NCBI RefSeq assembly: GCF_018350175.1
Contig: NC_058368.1
Location: 228,906,001-228,970,000 of the forward strand
DNA: 64,000 nt
Origin: Felis catus
Taxonomy: Eukaryota
Reading direction: 5' to 3'
Part shown: in pieces, positions 62,191 to 64,000 of the stretch
Layout: the number at the start of each line of letters is the position of its first letter
Position numbering within the stretch: the first letter of the stretch is position 1
The notes under the pieces: generated by a model
The model's database searches: none
What the model was told of the DNA's origin: nothing
What the model saw: the letters and a program-made list of their open reading frames with translations, nothing else
Translations under genes and position numbers: made by a program

Positions 62191-62513
62191 TTTGAAATGG
62201 TCATATCTACTTAAAACTGTTTTTATATTGTCAAACAGCTTTTATTACAAAGTGTAAATATAAAGTTAGATAAAGTTAAAAATGGTACACTAACTTTGCT
62301 GAATATGTTTGTGTGGCAATCTTTAGGGATAACCAGGAGAGTGAGTGATTTACACTGTACTTTAAGTCAGACTACCTTCCTGCTAATTGTAGTTCAGGCT
62401 TGTGTTAATATTGTTGCAGGGATAGAAAAGGCTATGAAGGCGATGTGTGATTAAGACGGGTATTTTACAATATGTCCAAAGCATGTTATATGCAAAGTAT
62501 GCTTTGGACATAC

Positions 62514-62636
62514 TGTGTGTGTGTGTGCACATACATATATATATATGTGTGTGTGTGTGTGCACATACATATATATATGTATATGTATATATATATGTGT
62601 GTATATATATATATGCACACACACACACACACACGC
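62514..62636. repeat. Compound (TG)n/(TA)n/(CA)n microsatellite
   Basis: About 120 nt of alternating purine-pyrimidine. Confidence 0.95.
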
Positions 62637-64000
62637 CCATACACGTATCATAAATAATTCCTCCAAGTTGATGGGGACGGCCATGTAAATAAACATTTAC
62701 AATACAATGGCATAGGTCATAAATGAGGCCATGCTTCGACAGTTCAAGAGGCCAAGAGACAAATGGATCCACAGCACGAAGAAAATCTTCGCCCTGGCAA
62801 AATGTAGCCAAATGGATTTCAGATTCCTTATGGTTTTTCCGATAAAATCAATCAAGTTTTTCTCATGGGAAAAATATAATGGAGGGTTAGGATGAACAGG
62901 GTTTCATCAATGACTCATTTTATTGTTACATCCTTCTTTCTTTAAAACACTAGCAAAAGTGAACTAAAATGTCTCCGCACATTTTTTGTTCTAAGTCCAT
63001 TGAAATTAGGAACTAAGCCTATTGTCCACTACATGTGTGCTGGTGCCCAGATAAAGACCAAAATTGTGGGTGGCGGGCAGCCTTGTGCCTGCCTTTCTGA
63101 GGTGACTAACCCCTAGCAACTCTTACCTCTTCCTGGGAAACATTTCTTGCTCAAAGACAAATGAATCAAAATAAGACGTTAATTCAATAAATATTCAACG
63201 CCTATTTTTAAATTGGCCAGCAATTCAATCCTTATTCTATTTCATAGTTAAAACTTTGGTCATATTATCTAATATTTAAACTATATTTATACAAACATTC
63301 AAACGACAGCATTAAATGTGGAAAGTATGTCATAGAATGAACTTTCTTTTAATATTAAAATTTCTAGAAAGAATTGCAATTGACAGTAATTACCTACATA
63401 TTTTAATTTTTCTATTCCACCCTTTAATTGCTCTTCTTATGCAATATCAGCCATGAATTTTCATTCACATAACTAAATGGAGCCATATTTCTTTATCAGC
63501 TCTCCCTTGGGCTTCTCTTACTGGCAACTGTGCATTTCTTTCCAGATTTGCAAAGCTACATCAGTATACTCTTTCGTCAGCGATGTGCCCTCTTATTTTT
63601 AAAAAGCAAGATCTTCATTAGAAGGATCACTGTGATGGCAGATACACATCAACACATTTGTTTAAAACCACAAGCAAACCACAAATCTCTGAAGAATTTT
63701 CTGAATCAAAATTGTGTTTCTAAAACCTAGTGGAGAGTTCAATCCAAATGCCTCTTTCTGGAAATTGTCAAGTGTATTAAAATAGCTTATTCATATTTGG
63801 AGGAAGGTGGGCAAACAGGAAAACAGAACAGAGCAGGAGAAAAAAATTCAGAAATCTGCTTGATTTTCACAAAAGCAGGATGAGAGTCAGGAAAGCACAA
63901 AAAGTCAACATAAATGAAGGTGGGTGGGGTCTCGTGGCACACGCATGTTCTTCTTCCACAGGCATTGAAGACACGCCTGGACTCAAATGACTTAGATGAA

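Noticed and set aside
62383..62811. 142-aa and overlapping ORFs
   Set aside because: Stop-free because they cross the TG/TA/CA microsatellite
1..64000. CRISPR array, operon, numt, snRNA or rRNA genes
   Set aside because: Mammalian nuclear DNA; no regularly spaced repeat-spacer array and no recognisable mitochondrial or structural-RNA sequence seen

Overview
AT-rich, repeat-dense, apparently non-coding mammalian genomic DNA, either intergenic or deep intronic. It is almost certainly from a felid. About 32 tRNA-derived CAN-SINE (SINEC_Fc-like) copies or fragments are present, including three CpG-intact copies of a young subfamily, along with carnivore/felid-type L1 3' ends. Older eutherian repeats (L2, MIR, MLT1/MLT2 LTRs, MaLR internal sequence, Tigger1, MER58, MER20) and a 507-bp ERV1-type solo LTR are also recognisable. 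No protein-coding exon, RNA gene or processed pseudogene could be identified. The ORF-track entries fall in SINEs, broken L1 ORF2 remnants, LTRs or simple repeats, or look like chance ORFs. I did not find a convincing new biological system. The observations most worth checking are mechanistic: two or three 5'-inverted (twin-primed) L1s, one with a fold-back filler; a two-SINE unit inside a single TSD; an orphan AATAAA+(A)45 tract; an L1 with an excess of new CpGs (possible GC-biased gene conversion); and a few unique islands with regulatory or splice motifs. Repeat subfamily names come from recalled consensus features, not alignments, and need RepeatMasker/Dfam confirmation.
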